The position numbers and the translations under genes were made by a program. A model generated the notes under the pieces. That model was not told the origin of the DNA and made no database searches. It worked only from the letters and a program-made list of their open reading frames with translations. Shown piece after piece: positions 1 through 10,639 of a DNA stretch of 64,000 nt (its first letter is position 1; every line of letters begins with the position of its first letter). Source of the DNA: Squalus acanthias (taxonomy: Eukaryota); the NCBI GenBank assembly GCA_030390025.1, contig CM059432.1, forward strand, positions 85,066,001 to 85,130,000. The letters run 5' to 3'.

Positions 1-359
1 TGCTAAAAATAAACTTACCTTTCTTTAAAGTATCTAAAAAAGATAAACCTGTTGAAAAATTTTTTAAATTGTAATTAATTAACCACTTACCTTGTTAAAA
101 ACAGGTCTTGCGCCTCCTTTTTAAAAGCGCAGCTTTTTCAATACTTACCTTCCCGGAGAAACCTGAAAAAAACCTAAGTTCGCTGCGTGCGCGCAGCCTC
201 TCCCGCGCACGCGGTTCACCTCTCAACCCCTCCCTTCAGGGGAACGGAAGTTCCGGTTCCCCACGCATGTGCAGTGCATGCAGGAAACCGGCACTTCAGG
301 TGGCCTTACGAGTGAGTACACAGCGCGTACTCGCCCGGCAAGTGCCGAATTTCTGGCCC
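1..359 (-). mobile_element. Non-autonomous Harbinger-type element (MITE), cut by window start
   Basis: Ends AATTTCTGGCCC. Collinear with 36587-37171 and reverse-complement similar to 14506-14860. Three ACTTACCT motifs. Confidence 0.8.
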
Positions 360-978
360 AATGGTAGTGATAGAACTGAATGGGTGGTAGGAAGGTGAAT
401 GGGTAGTGGGAAGATGAAGGGGATTGACAGATGCAGTAAAGAAGAGACAGAGAGAAGCAGCAACACAAGGATAGGTAAGAGAGTGACCATATTCTCTGAC
501 TTAACATGGTGACACCACAGCAAATTGACTAGTATAAGTAATAACATAAAAGTTGAACGAATGACAAAATGTAGTCATATAATAAAACAGCTGTTGCAAA
601 TCTGCCAAAAGCATTTATTCCACGAATGACCATTTGCAAAACTAAATTACATTTTAGTAGAACAGGAGATTGGTGAATGGGAGTTTTACTGTAATGCATT
701 TTTATTTCACTTGGTGGGGCTAAAGTGTAATCACTCCAGCCATAAGAAAGACATGAAAAGCTCCTTCAAGGCTCCAGAACTGTTCAGTTTTGTATCACAG
801 AACACTGTATCCCATTGGCACAAGAATTGTCTCATTTACTTAAAAATGATTACGATGTTTGTCCTCTTGAACATCATTCCGAGCTAATTAACGTGAGGTA
901 ATCCCTATATTAAAAGTGCAGTATGTATTTGACTATGGTTATTAAACAAGCAAAATATTAAAATGTTATTAAAATATA

Positions 979-1680
979 TCACTTCCAGTGTTTAACCACA
1001 TGCAATTCACTAGATGAAATTATAAAGGAATAGTGATAATGTAGATAGGTGTGGGGTGGAGGTGTTGTGACTTGAGCAGTTGATGAGGCTAGTGGTGCAG
1101 CTGTTAGGATGTGCCATTTGAACATTGAACTCACCTTGACAACTGGTGTCAAATCATTAAACTTCTTCATACACTGCATCCATGTTCTTGGAGCTATACA
1201 TCTGGCATTGACCTCCACCGTTACTTCCTCCCACTGCCTCCTGAGCATATGTCTCAAGGGCCTCCTGCCCACCCCCTGCCCACTGCCCCCCATTCCCTGC
1301 CCTGTGGATACAGGTTGCTCTCCTTCCCTCCACCTCCTGCACCAAGGCCTCCAGTGCAGCATCAGAAAACCTTGGTACACGTTCACTCGCAGTTGAGCCA
1401 CCTTGACAAAATTCTTCAAAATCAATTCAGTTCCTGACACCACTTCCAGCAACTGCAATGCACCTCCCCTTTAAGAGGTGCAGGCTGCCTTTAAGTAGCA
1501 TTAGCCACTCACAATTTTGGGCCTCCTGCTAATACAATGAACAGCGTGGGTCACGCTAGCTGCATGCAACAACCATGGAAATTAGCAGGCAGCACGAATT
1601 TAATCTGCTGCCGGCAACACAATGAATAAGTGTGACAGCAATTTTGAGTGCAAAAGCAAAGGGACATTAAGGAGACAGAT
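979..1680 (-). mobile_element. Harbinger fragment with degenerate Myb/SANT-like exon
   Basis: Translation RRQWEEVTVEVNA...RTWMQCMKKFNDL, frameshifted. Homologous to 42650-43272. Confidence 0.75.
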
Positions 1681-2255
1681 TTTTGGCCGAGGTGATTCTA
1701 ACGGAGAGTGGTGCTAGTTCTTATGTATGCTGTTGCTTTCGTTCTTTGTTCTTTTATTTATTTTGTTTGCTTTGTTGCAAAATTTATAACATACAAATAG
1801 CTTTTTGCAGTATGTTTGTTGTAAGCAACTGAACTGTGCTGACATATTGGGCTGAATTTTAATCTGCAGGAGCGCGTGGGTTTGGGTGCGGGTCGGGGGG
1901 GGGGTTAAAACTGGCAAAATTGACAGCACGTCGGGAAGCCAGATCCAACCTGCCGACTTCCACATTTCACTGCAGCGCATTAGGCTGTGTGCAAGTAACC
2001 CCCTCGGAGGAGGCAGGTTGCCACTCAATTAGAGTGATATTGACATGGGATTTCAATTTTAACTTTGGGTCCATGGGTTTCCCGGGCTTCCTGGAACTCG
2101 CCAGTGAAAACAAGGCAACAACACAGTGGCAATTGAGGTGGGTGAAGCCAGGTCAGGGAAATATGCCAATAAGTACGCAGTACTGACAGCTGCTTTCTTA
2201 CCTGCTTGTGGGAAAGGGTTTGTTCACAGTACTTGTGCTGAGAGGTTACTTTACG

Positions 2256-2377
2256 CACTTTGGAGGTTTCTTCAACACTTTGGAGGTGTCTACACTTTGG
2301 AGGTGTCATCTACACTTTGGAGGTGTTGTCTACACTTTGGAGGTGTCATCTACACTTTGGAGGTCTGATTTGCACTT
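2256..2377 (+). repeat. ~20-bp tandem repeat (CACTTTGGAGGTGTCATCTA), about 6 units, upstream of the transposase
   Basis: Directly visible. No unique spacers. Confidence 0.9.
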
Positions 2378-2415
2378 TAGAGCACTGATCTATTAGATCA
2401 GCATGGGTGCCACTT

Positions 2416-3642
2416 ATGCAGACCTCAGATGAGGACAAAGATGACCAGCAACATCAACAGCAGCAGTGCCAGCAGCAGCACCAGTAGTACCAGCAGCACC
2501 AGCAGCTGCACCAGCAGCAGCAACAAGCTGCTGCTCACAAACCTGTAGCTCCACAGGAGAGAGGGAAGCAGTAGAGAGGTGCAGCTCGCAGGAGGCCATA
2601 CCTGGCACACACTGTCTACAGACAGAGGATAAGCTTCCTCAACATATCTGGACACCAGGGTCTCAGGAGGCTCTTGGTGTTGCATCAGGTGGTGGCAGAC
2701 ATTTGCAGGCTGCTGGAACAAGACTTGCTGCCAATTGGACTTGGTGGCCACACTTTACCAGAGGCTGTCAAAGTCACCACCGCCCTCACCTTTGTTGCCT
2801 CTGGATCCTTCCAGGGCTCTGCCGGAGACAGTTGCAGGATCTCACAGTCGACGGCCCACAAATACATAAGACAGGTGACTGATGGCTTCTTTGCCAGGGC
2901 CGCCAATTTTGTCAGCTTTGCCTGCGATAGCGCCAGTCAGAATGAGTGGGTGCTCGGGTTTGTGGCTCTAGCTGGCTTCCCACAGGTGCAGGGCATTATC
3001 GACTGCAAACATGGGGCAATTAAAGCACCCATAAATCACCCAGAAGTGTTTGTCAACCGCAAGGGCTTCCGCTCCATCAATGTGCAGCTGGTGTGCAACC
3101 ACAAAAAGATCTTTATGCAGGTGTGCACAAGATTCCCAGGCAGTTGCCATGATGCTTTCGTCCTGCGGCAGTCCACCCTCCCAAACGTCTTCACACCTGG
3201 AAGCAGAGTTACCAGCTGGGTGCTCAGAGACAAGGGATACCCACTTAAAACGTGGCTGATGGCACATCTCAGAAACCCGAGGAATGAGACTCAGGAACAC
3301 TACAATGAATGCCATTTGACCACCAGATGTGTCATCGAACAAGCGATTGGCATGCTGAAGATGCGCTTCAGGTGCCTGGACAGATCTGGAAGCGCCCTTC
3401 AGTATGCACCAGCCAGGGTCTCCAGAATGGTCGTGGTGTGCTGCGCTCTGCACAACATTGCCCAACAGCGAGGTTTAGACCTACAGGAGGAACAAGGCGC
3501 AGAGCACAGAGCCTCTTCAGAGGATTCCGAGGAGGAGGAGGTGGAAGACGAGGAGGCAGAAGGTGATGCGGGTAATGCACCACCAGCGACGCACATTGCC
3601 TCGGATGCCCGGGGTGCCCTCATTATTGTGAAGTTCACTTAG
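2416..3642 (+). pseudogene. Harbinger (HARBI1-like) DDE transposase; open 322-aa core at 2674-3642, Gln-rich N-terminus broken by TAG at 2485 and 2572
   Basis: Motifs GFPQVQGIIDCKH, NRKGFRSINVQLVC, PGSCHDAFV, DKGYPL, IEQAIGMLKMRFRCL, CCALHN, acidic tail. Confidence 0.92.
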
Positions 3643-3955
3643 GTTCCAACAGTGCACCCGTCTAACAACCACATGCAAAAGCCTCTTTGCCTTCCCCACC
3701 CCGCCCAATGCCACTAACACAAAGCAGTCCTGCAAACAACCAAGCCTTCCTTTCATAGCCCCCCATTGGTCACTGTCAATTCATGTCTTCCCATTCATCA
3801 TCACACAACTGAAAAGGCCACTTGCCAGCCAGCAAACAAGAATGGGCAAGACAGGAAAGTGGTGCAAAAGAATAATATTTATGTGCTTCAAATAGACAAC
3901 AGAAACTTAACAATCTAACAATGTGTTGCACACCTATGTACATACTCTTGTGCAA

Positions 3956-6400
3956 CTACGAGTCTTCATTCTTCCTTTTCCTAGCGCTTCTATGTGGTGC
4001 AACATCTATGACTTCAGCAGAGGTAGATGCAGGCTGGCCAGATCCCTGCACTGACTGTTGAGTTGTTCTTGGCCAACGTCCTCTTGGAGCCCGTGAGGGC
4101 CCCGTCAAAGACTGCTCCACCTGAACCTGTGCAATGGCAGATTCGGCCATCGGGACAATGGGTGAGAAGTGGAAGCACTTTGAGCTAAGTCCCCACTTCC
4201 ATGTCCCCTCTCACCATCATCCCTCTCATGGCCCAGCCGCACTTCCCTGCTAGCAATATGCTGGAGAACACTTTGCTACAGATCAGCGGGGCGATGAGAG
4301 GCCAAAGCTAAGGTATCATTCATCCTATTTAAGCTGGCATTCAGCGTGTGCAAGCTATTGTTGAAGGCCTGCATGCACTCATGTGATTGCCGTGTTTGAT
4401 GCTCCCTGCAGGTGGCCACTCATTCTGAAGAAGAAAACATCATCGCAACGGCCTTTAACATTATGTCACTCATGCTTGAGACAGACTCCTCCAATTTCTC
4501 CGTAATTGTGCGCAGTGCACTTACAACGCCTGCCAGTACATCACATATTCTCTGCTACTGCTCAATAAGTATCCTATACATCGACGGCCCCTGGAGTATA
4601 GCATCTGCGTCCAGCTGAACAGATCTTGGAGAGTCCTGTGCCCTCTGACGCGAACTCTCCACTACTGCCCCTGAATCCGCCATCTGCTCTTGCTCAATTG
4701 TGAAGTGCAAGTCACCATGTGAAAACCCAACTATCTCTATAGGGTTGAGAACCAGAGGACACAGATTTAAGGTGATTGGCAGAAGAACCAAAGGCGACAT
4801 GAGGAAAAACGTTTTTGCGCAGTGAGTGGTTAGGATCTGGAATGCACTGCCTGAAATTGTGGCTTTCAAAAGGGAATTAGATAAGTACCTGAAGGAAAAA
4901 AAGTTGCAGGGCTACAGGGAAAGGGTGTGGTTTGGGACTAGCTGAAGTGCTCTTGCAGAGAGACTGCATGGGCTCGACGGGCCGAATAGCCTCCTTCTGT
5001 GCTGTAATCATTCTATGATTCTATGATTCTATCTTGTCCCACCGAAGTTCGAGTATCTGAGCTGGTGCATGGTCTGTATAAGTCCTGCAACAATACACCC
5101 TTGAGGGAGTGAGTTCCTCTGATGCGTCTGCATCATCCTGTGTGACCTCGACCACCTCCTGCTGGAGGCATGAAGGCCCTATGGGAGATAAAAGACATGA
5201 ATGAGTACTGTCAAGGTAGGAATGCGTGAAGTTTTCATTATGTACGTGATCATACTTCAGTCGCTGTTGACATCAAGTCAACATGACTGAGTGTTGTATG
5301 CCATGTGGGTGCCTGATATTTACCCCTGTCACCAGCTAGTTGGCAGGCAGGCAGACAGTCCGATGGCCAGGCATGCCGAGACTCTGCTGATCTCCATTGT
5401 CTCCTCCTCTGCCCGTGTTAGTTGCGAGATGGCTAGAGGGCCGCCTCCAGTTCACTGTCTCTCCCTGGTGTTCTGTGCTTTCTTCTCCTGCCAGGAGAGA
5501 AAGAAGAGACCTATGAGTGAGAGTAATGGCATGTGTTCACCCGATGGCTGGATAGGATTTGTTGAGAGTGATTATGAGGGCTAGGCATGACATTGCATAA
5601 GGATGAAGGTGAATGTCAGTGGTGGATGGATAGATGGGGATGTGAGTAGGTGCATAGACAGAGAGGGATGGCTGCACCTGCAAGGTAAGTTGGTGTGAGG
5701 AATGATGACTAGAGTAGGCTTGAGAAGGCAGAATGAAGTGGTTAGGGTGATACGCACATCAGAATATAGGGCAATGTGCCATTGCTCTCACCTTTCTTGC
5801 CCTGCTTAGATCATTGAAGTGCTTCCTGCATTGGATCCAGGAGCATGGCTCCTGTTGCTGACCTCCTGGGCAACCTCCAACTACTCCTTCTTTGTGTCAC
5901 CAGCAGGCTTCTTCCTCCCGTCACTAGGGAACAGTATTTCCCTCCAGGCCCATACAACCCTGGAGTGTGAGGGGTAACTAGTGAGATGGGGATGTGATAA
6001 TGTAGATAGAGAGAGAGGGATGGGTGGAGGTGCAAGGTAAGTTGATGTGAGTAAGGATGTGCAGGGGTAGGGTAGGGAAGGCAGAGTGATGGGGATGTGA
6101 TGAGAGGCACAGCAGGATGAGGTTGAGTATGGCTTTGTACTAACATTTCGTATTCTAATGAGATCATTGAAAGGTTTGCGCCACTGCACCCAGGTCCTCC
6201 TGACCACATCCCTGCTTGTGCCCTCCTCTGCAATGTGCAACCAGGCTGTTTTGTTCTCCTGGGAGGTCTCTTCCGCCCATGGGAAGGGAAGAGGACCTCC
6301 CTGTGTGCTGTGACTCCCTCCATAAGCATATGAAGGGAGTCATTGGAGAGCCTGGGTGCAGCCCTGCACCTCTGTGCAGTGATTGTCAGTGTTTGCAGCA
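3956..6400 (-). pseudogene. Multi-exon Myb/SANT-like Harbinger ORF2 with two Myb-like exons, disrupted
   Basis: Myb motifs at ~6150-6370 (PRLSNDSLHML...RRTWVQWRKPFNDL) and ~5790-5975. Basic C-terminus HRSARKRK. Splice-like boundaries. CR1 insertion at 4736-5031. Confidence 0.75.
4736..5031 (+). mobile_element. CR1 LINE 3' fragment
   Basis: RTRGH...VVRIWNALP coding remnant and (ATTCTATG)n tail. Confidence 0.88.
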
Positions 6401-7251
6401 CTTCAATGCTGTGGAACACTGACAACACAAACGTCAAAATAAAGTTGGCCATGGTCCCTTTAAGGAAACCGGCTGATGACGTGTCATCAAATGACATCAT
6501 CAGACCCGCTTCCTCTAATTGGACCTGGAAATGCACTGGGCGGGCTTAACAAAACCTATGAACAGAAAGTCATTTCACAGAGTGGGATGGAGCCAGCAGC
6601 GGGGTTGGGACCCGCCACCAACGTCGCCCACCCCGGACCCGCCGAGGTGAGCAAAAACCCAGCCATAGAGACAAATTTTCATCCCAGTGGGGAACAAAGC
6701 AATAGCGCATTTAAAATTGGAGTGCAGAACGTACTGCCCTGTTCCCATCTGTGTCCAGGTTGCTGCCATCTTGGAAAATCTTTGAAATGACTATCCCAGG
6801 AAAATCAGGAACCAATGACATCAGTAGGACACCAGTGTGATTTTCAGTGTGCTCCATGTACGCTCCGCCCATTGGCATTTTCTCCGAGCGGTTAAACCAG
6901 CGGTCCTTAAAGGATCCCATCATGCCACTCAAAAATCAGGTATGTTAAACTTTTAAAGTGGATTATTGTGGGGTCAGAAGGATCATTAATACTCCTCCTG
7001 ACCCCACAAAAATGGACCCCCGCAATGTCCAACCCTTTGCATTCCTCCCGCCTTAAAAGTGTGCACTGGCTGGGCTGCACACTGGAGACGCCGGACTTTT
7101 GGTCCTCTCCGATCGCTGAGCTGCTCTAAATTCACAAGTAGCTCACCAATGTTATGGAAATGAGACCCAATCATCAAAATTGGTCAGGCCTCAGACTGAT
7201 TCCATCAGACTGTTGGTGCACTTGCACCTCCATCTCCTGCCCGATGGAATC

Positions 7252-8070
7252 GAACACAACAGGTACAGAAAATAATCAAAAAGGCTACTGGAATGCTGGC
7301 CTTCATATCTAGGGGACTAGAGTACAAGGGGGTAGAAGTTATGCTGCAGTCTGTGAGCAATTCTGGACACTACACCTTAGGAAGGATAGATTGGCCTTGG
7401 AGGGAGGGCAGCGTAGATTTACCAGAATGATACCCGGACTTTAAAGGTTAAGTTACGAGGAGAGATTACACAAATTAGGGTTGTATTCCCTAGAATTTAG
7501 AAGGTTAAGGGATGATCTGATCAAAGTTTTCAAGACATTAAGGGGAACAGATAGGGTAGATAGAGAGAAACTATTTCCGCTGGTTGGGGATTCTAGGACT
7601 AGGGGCCATAGTCTAAAAATTAGAGCCAGACCTTTCAGGAGTGAAATTAGGAAACATTTCTACACACAAAGGGTGGTAGAAGTTTGAAACGCTCTTTTTT
7701 TTATTCGTTCATGGGATCTGGGTGTCGCTGGCATGGCCAGCATTTATTGCCCATCCCTAATTGCCCTTGAGAAGATGGTGGTGAGCCGCCTTCTTGAACC
7801 GCTGCAGTCCGTGAGGTGAAGGCACTCCCACAGTGTTGTTAGGGAGTGAGTTCCAGGATTTTAACCCAGCAACGATGAAGGAACGGCAATTGATGCTAGA
7901 TCAATTGTTAATTTTAAATCGGAGATTGATAGCTTTTTGTTAACCAACGGTATTAAGAGATATGGGCCAAAGGCGGGTATATGGAGTTAGGACACAGATC
8001 TGCCATGATCTCATTGAATGGCGGAACAGGCTTGAGGGGCTGAATGGCCTACTCCTGTTCCTGTGTTCCT
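7252..8070 (+). mobile_element. CR1 LINE 3' fragment with nested antisense LINE 3' end (~7695-7889)
   Basis: YSLEFRRLRDDLI...RTRGHSLKI...FYTQRVV. The insert matches the reverse complement of ~22045-22217. Confidence 0.85.
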
Positions 8071-8689
8071 AAAATACACCCCTTAGAATTAACTAGTACA
8101 TTCTATAACTGGAATAAACAATAAACCAATTTTTATTGAGGCCATTCTAAGTATTCATTACGTAAGAGTAAGTAATGCAGCATAACACACAACCTATTAT
8201 ACAACAACAATAACAACAGGCATTTATATAGTGGTCACCAACCATTTTATTATTTATAGTAATGGTCAAATAATTTTAAAATACATGGGGGGAAATTTTA
8301 ACCTAAAAAACGGGTCGGTTGGGGGCGTGGGGGTACTTAAAGTGTTAAAAATCAGAATCCCGACCTGAACCCACCTCCTACCTGCCCACTTCCGGTTTTA
8401 ACAGAGGCAGGATGGGAGGCGGCATGGGAGCGGACGGCCAACCCACTGCCAAGAGGCGGGTGGTCTATTTAAATATTATAAATATTATAAAGCCCCTTCT
8501 TTAACTTCCATTTTGTGTTTAACTGTAGCTGGTCGGGTTTTACACAGCTCGTAAAACCCGCCAGCTACAGCAAGGTAAGGACTGCTGCATCCAGGAGGTA
8601 AGTGCCTTTACACCTACCTCCTGGATCCAGGGTTTCTGCCTAACCCATCCCCCACGTTCAGAGACACCCCCTCGAGGCCTCCCTCCCAG

Positions 8690-9079
8690 GCCTCCGATCC
8701 CCCTCACTCCTCTGACCCTTCCCGTGCTGCTCCTCTGGCCCACAATCCTCTTCGGACCACCCCACATCTTCCTCCGGCCCCCAATCATCTTCGGACCCCC
8801 CCCCCATCCTCCTCCAGCCCCCGATCTTCTTGAGGCTCCTGCCTGCTCCTCGATCTTCACCCAGCCTCCAACCCCACCCCCCCCAACCTTCACCCAGCCC
8901 AACCCTGCCCCCCCAATCTTCTCCCGGCCCCCACCGCCCCCGCACCGATATTCTCCCGGCCCAACCCTGACCCCTCGATCTTCTCCTGGCCCCAACCCCG
9001 CACCCCCCCCCGATCTTCTCCTGGCCCCCAACCACTCAATCTTCTCCCGTCCCCCGCTTCCCCACCCCAACCTTCTCCC
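8690..9079 (+). repeat. C-rich minisatellite (CCCCGATCTTCTCCCGGCCCC-like), left part
   Basis: Repeated ATCTTCTCC(C/T)GGCCCC units. Confidence 0.85.
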
Positions 9080-10200
9080 TGAAGGGATAATTACTAGTCC
9101 TAGCCCCTTTAGGGCTACCCTGGATCAGGCGTATTCCCCAGACGTTCACTTTCAACTAAAGTTTGAGGTAGCCGAATCCTAAAGATGCTTAATTGGGTCT
9201 AAAGGTCCAGACTATCTCTCCCTAAAGGAAAGGAACAACCTGAAGATGTTACCGTCCTCCAGATAGAACTTTTAATAAGTTTAGCTAGACTGTAACATTC
9301 CGGATATTATGAGGGTCCAGAAAACTCCCTCAGAATTCTGCAACTCCTCACCAAAGAGCGTACAGAGATTGAGTTCGCGAGTTTGATACAGAAGTATTAT
9401 GTGAGATCATTCTAAAAATATATAGATTTATTAAAGAACCGACATGTAATTACAGTAGGTGTTTCAATCGCAACATTAACAGTTCCAAAAAGAGTAAGCT
9501 TTTACAATCTTATTATCAGAGATCCTTATTCTCAAATCTTAACTTACTCCAGGATATCCACCAAAATCAAATACAGTACAATACCTTGATCCCTGAGGTA
9601 CAAAGAGTTGTAGACTTACAGAGCTTGCCTCTGAAGCCAAGAATCGCTTTGCCCCTTTACAGCGAGACTATCATCCCATTTGAAAGTTCAATATTTATAT
9701 CCTTTTTCAGTGGTATTTTCTTTGAAGTTTTCTGCTGATGTAAGTTAATTATCTCTAGTCATTTTTCTGCTGACCCCTGCTATTCTTACAGTCAGTTCAG
9801 CTGGTAGCAATGCAGACTCGTGTCTCTCCTTTAGGTGTTCAAAGCTAATCATAAAAAACAGTGTAACAGCAAGTGCATCTATTTGCTGTCATTCTTACCA
9901 AGGTCTATGTTTCTTAATTTTCTGTGTTTCTTTTCGAAGTGTAATTTAGGACACCTTAACAGGGTGTACCATTGTGTTCTTTCCAAAGCTTCAGACTTAA
10001 GGAGCTTCCAACCTCCTGTTTCAATAAGGTTATTGATTCAGTGTCAACAACTTATCTTATCTCAATAGCCTGAATGCTGTTAACAATACAGCTTTTCATA
10101 GTCAGGTTTCTAGATTTCCAGACCTAGTTTGTTATGTTTTAATAAGGCTAGAATTCTTTCATAGAATGGTGTATTTTTCTGAATATGGCTTATTCCTTCA
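9080..10200 (-). repeat. 3' LTR (~1121 bp) of foamy-like provirus
   Basis: Terminal inverted repeat TGAAGGAATAA...TTATCCCTTCA (10/11). Upstream polypurine tract AAGAGGGG (10212-10205). TATAAA ~9698-9693, GTAAGT ~9618-9613, AATAAA 9432-9427, all on the minus strand in U3-R-U5 order. Confidence 0.8.
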
Positions 10201-10639
10201 CACACCCCTCTTGACCAAAAAATGAACTTGAGCATCAAGACAGAGTTTGGTCAATGTTACTAATAAGTTTACAATAGCACATTAATTTCACGAGATTCAC
10301 AAAAGCCTAATCATGCGCTACATGAAAATTCCTCTTAAGTCATCCTAGGACAATGTTTTGCCTTATTTTAAATTGAACACAATTTAAAAGGATGATAGAT
10401 ACATTGTCATGCAATTAGTGAAACAACATGTACTTAGAATGTCCAATCGGCAGATGTATGTTCCGTAGAGGTGAGTTATTCATACGAGTCAAGGAGACGT
10501 CATTTGGAACTAGCTGAAGCTTGACATGCTGTTCCTTCGATCCAGCATGTAGACAGATTCTTGTTTTCGTAAAGGACTTGCCAGGCGCTCAGTTGATTCC
10601 TTCTTCATCCGCGGTGTTTTCCTCCTTTGTTGAAGTAAC

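Larger units (their letters stand above)
1849..6665 (+). mobile_element. Near full-length PIF/Harbinger DNA transposon (transposase +, Myb gene -)
   Basis: Imperfect TIRs GGGCTGAATTTT / AAAACCCAGCC. Convergent transposase and Myb-like genes, the typical Harbinger layout. Confidence 0.85.

Noticed and set aside
2256..2377. Possible CRISPR-like array
   Set aside because: Contiguous ~20-bp units with no unique spacers, no cas genes, eukaryotic context.
2674..3642. Domesticated host HARBI1 gene
   Set aside because: It lies between TIRs with a Myb partner, has upstream in-frame stops and has many paralogous copies in the window, so it is a transposon copy.
8540..9182. Pro-rich and Gly-rich ORFs (also 13449-13826), initially considered as foamy Gag GR boxes
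   Set aside because: They are translations of the C-rich minisatellite, which occurs on both sides of the provirus.
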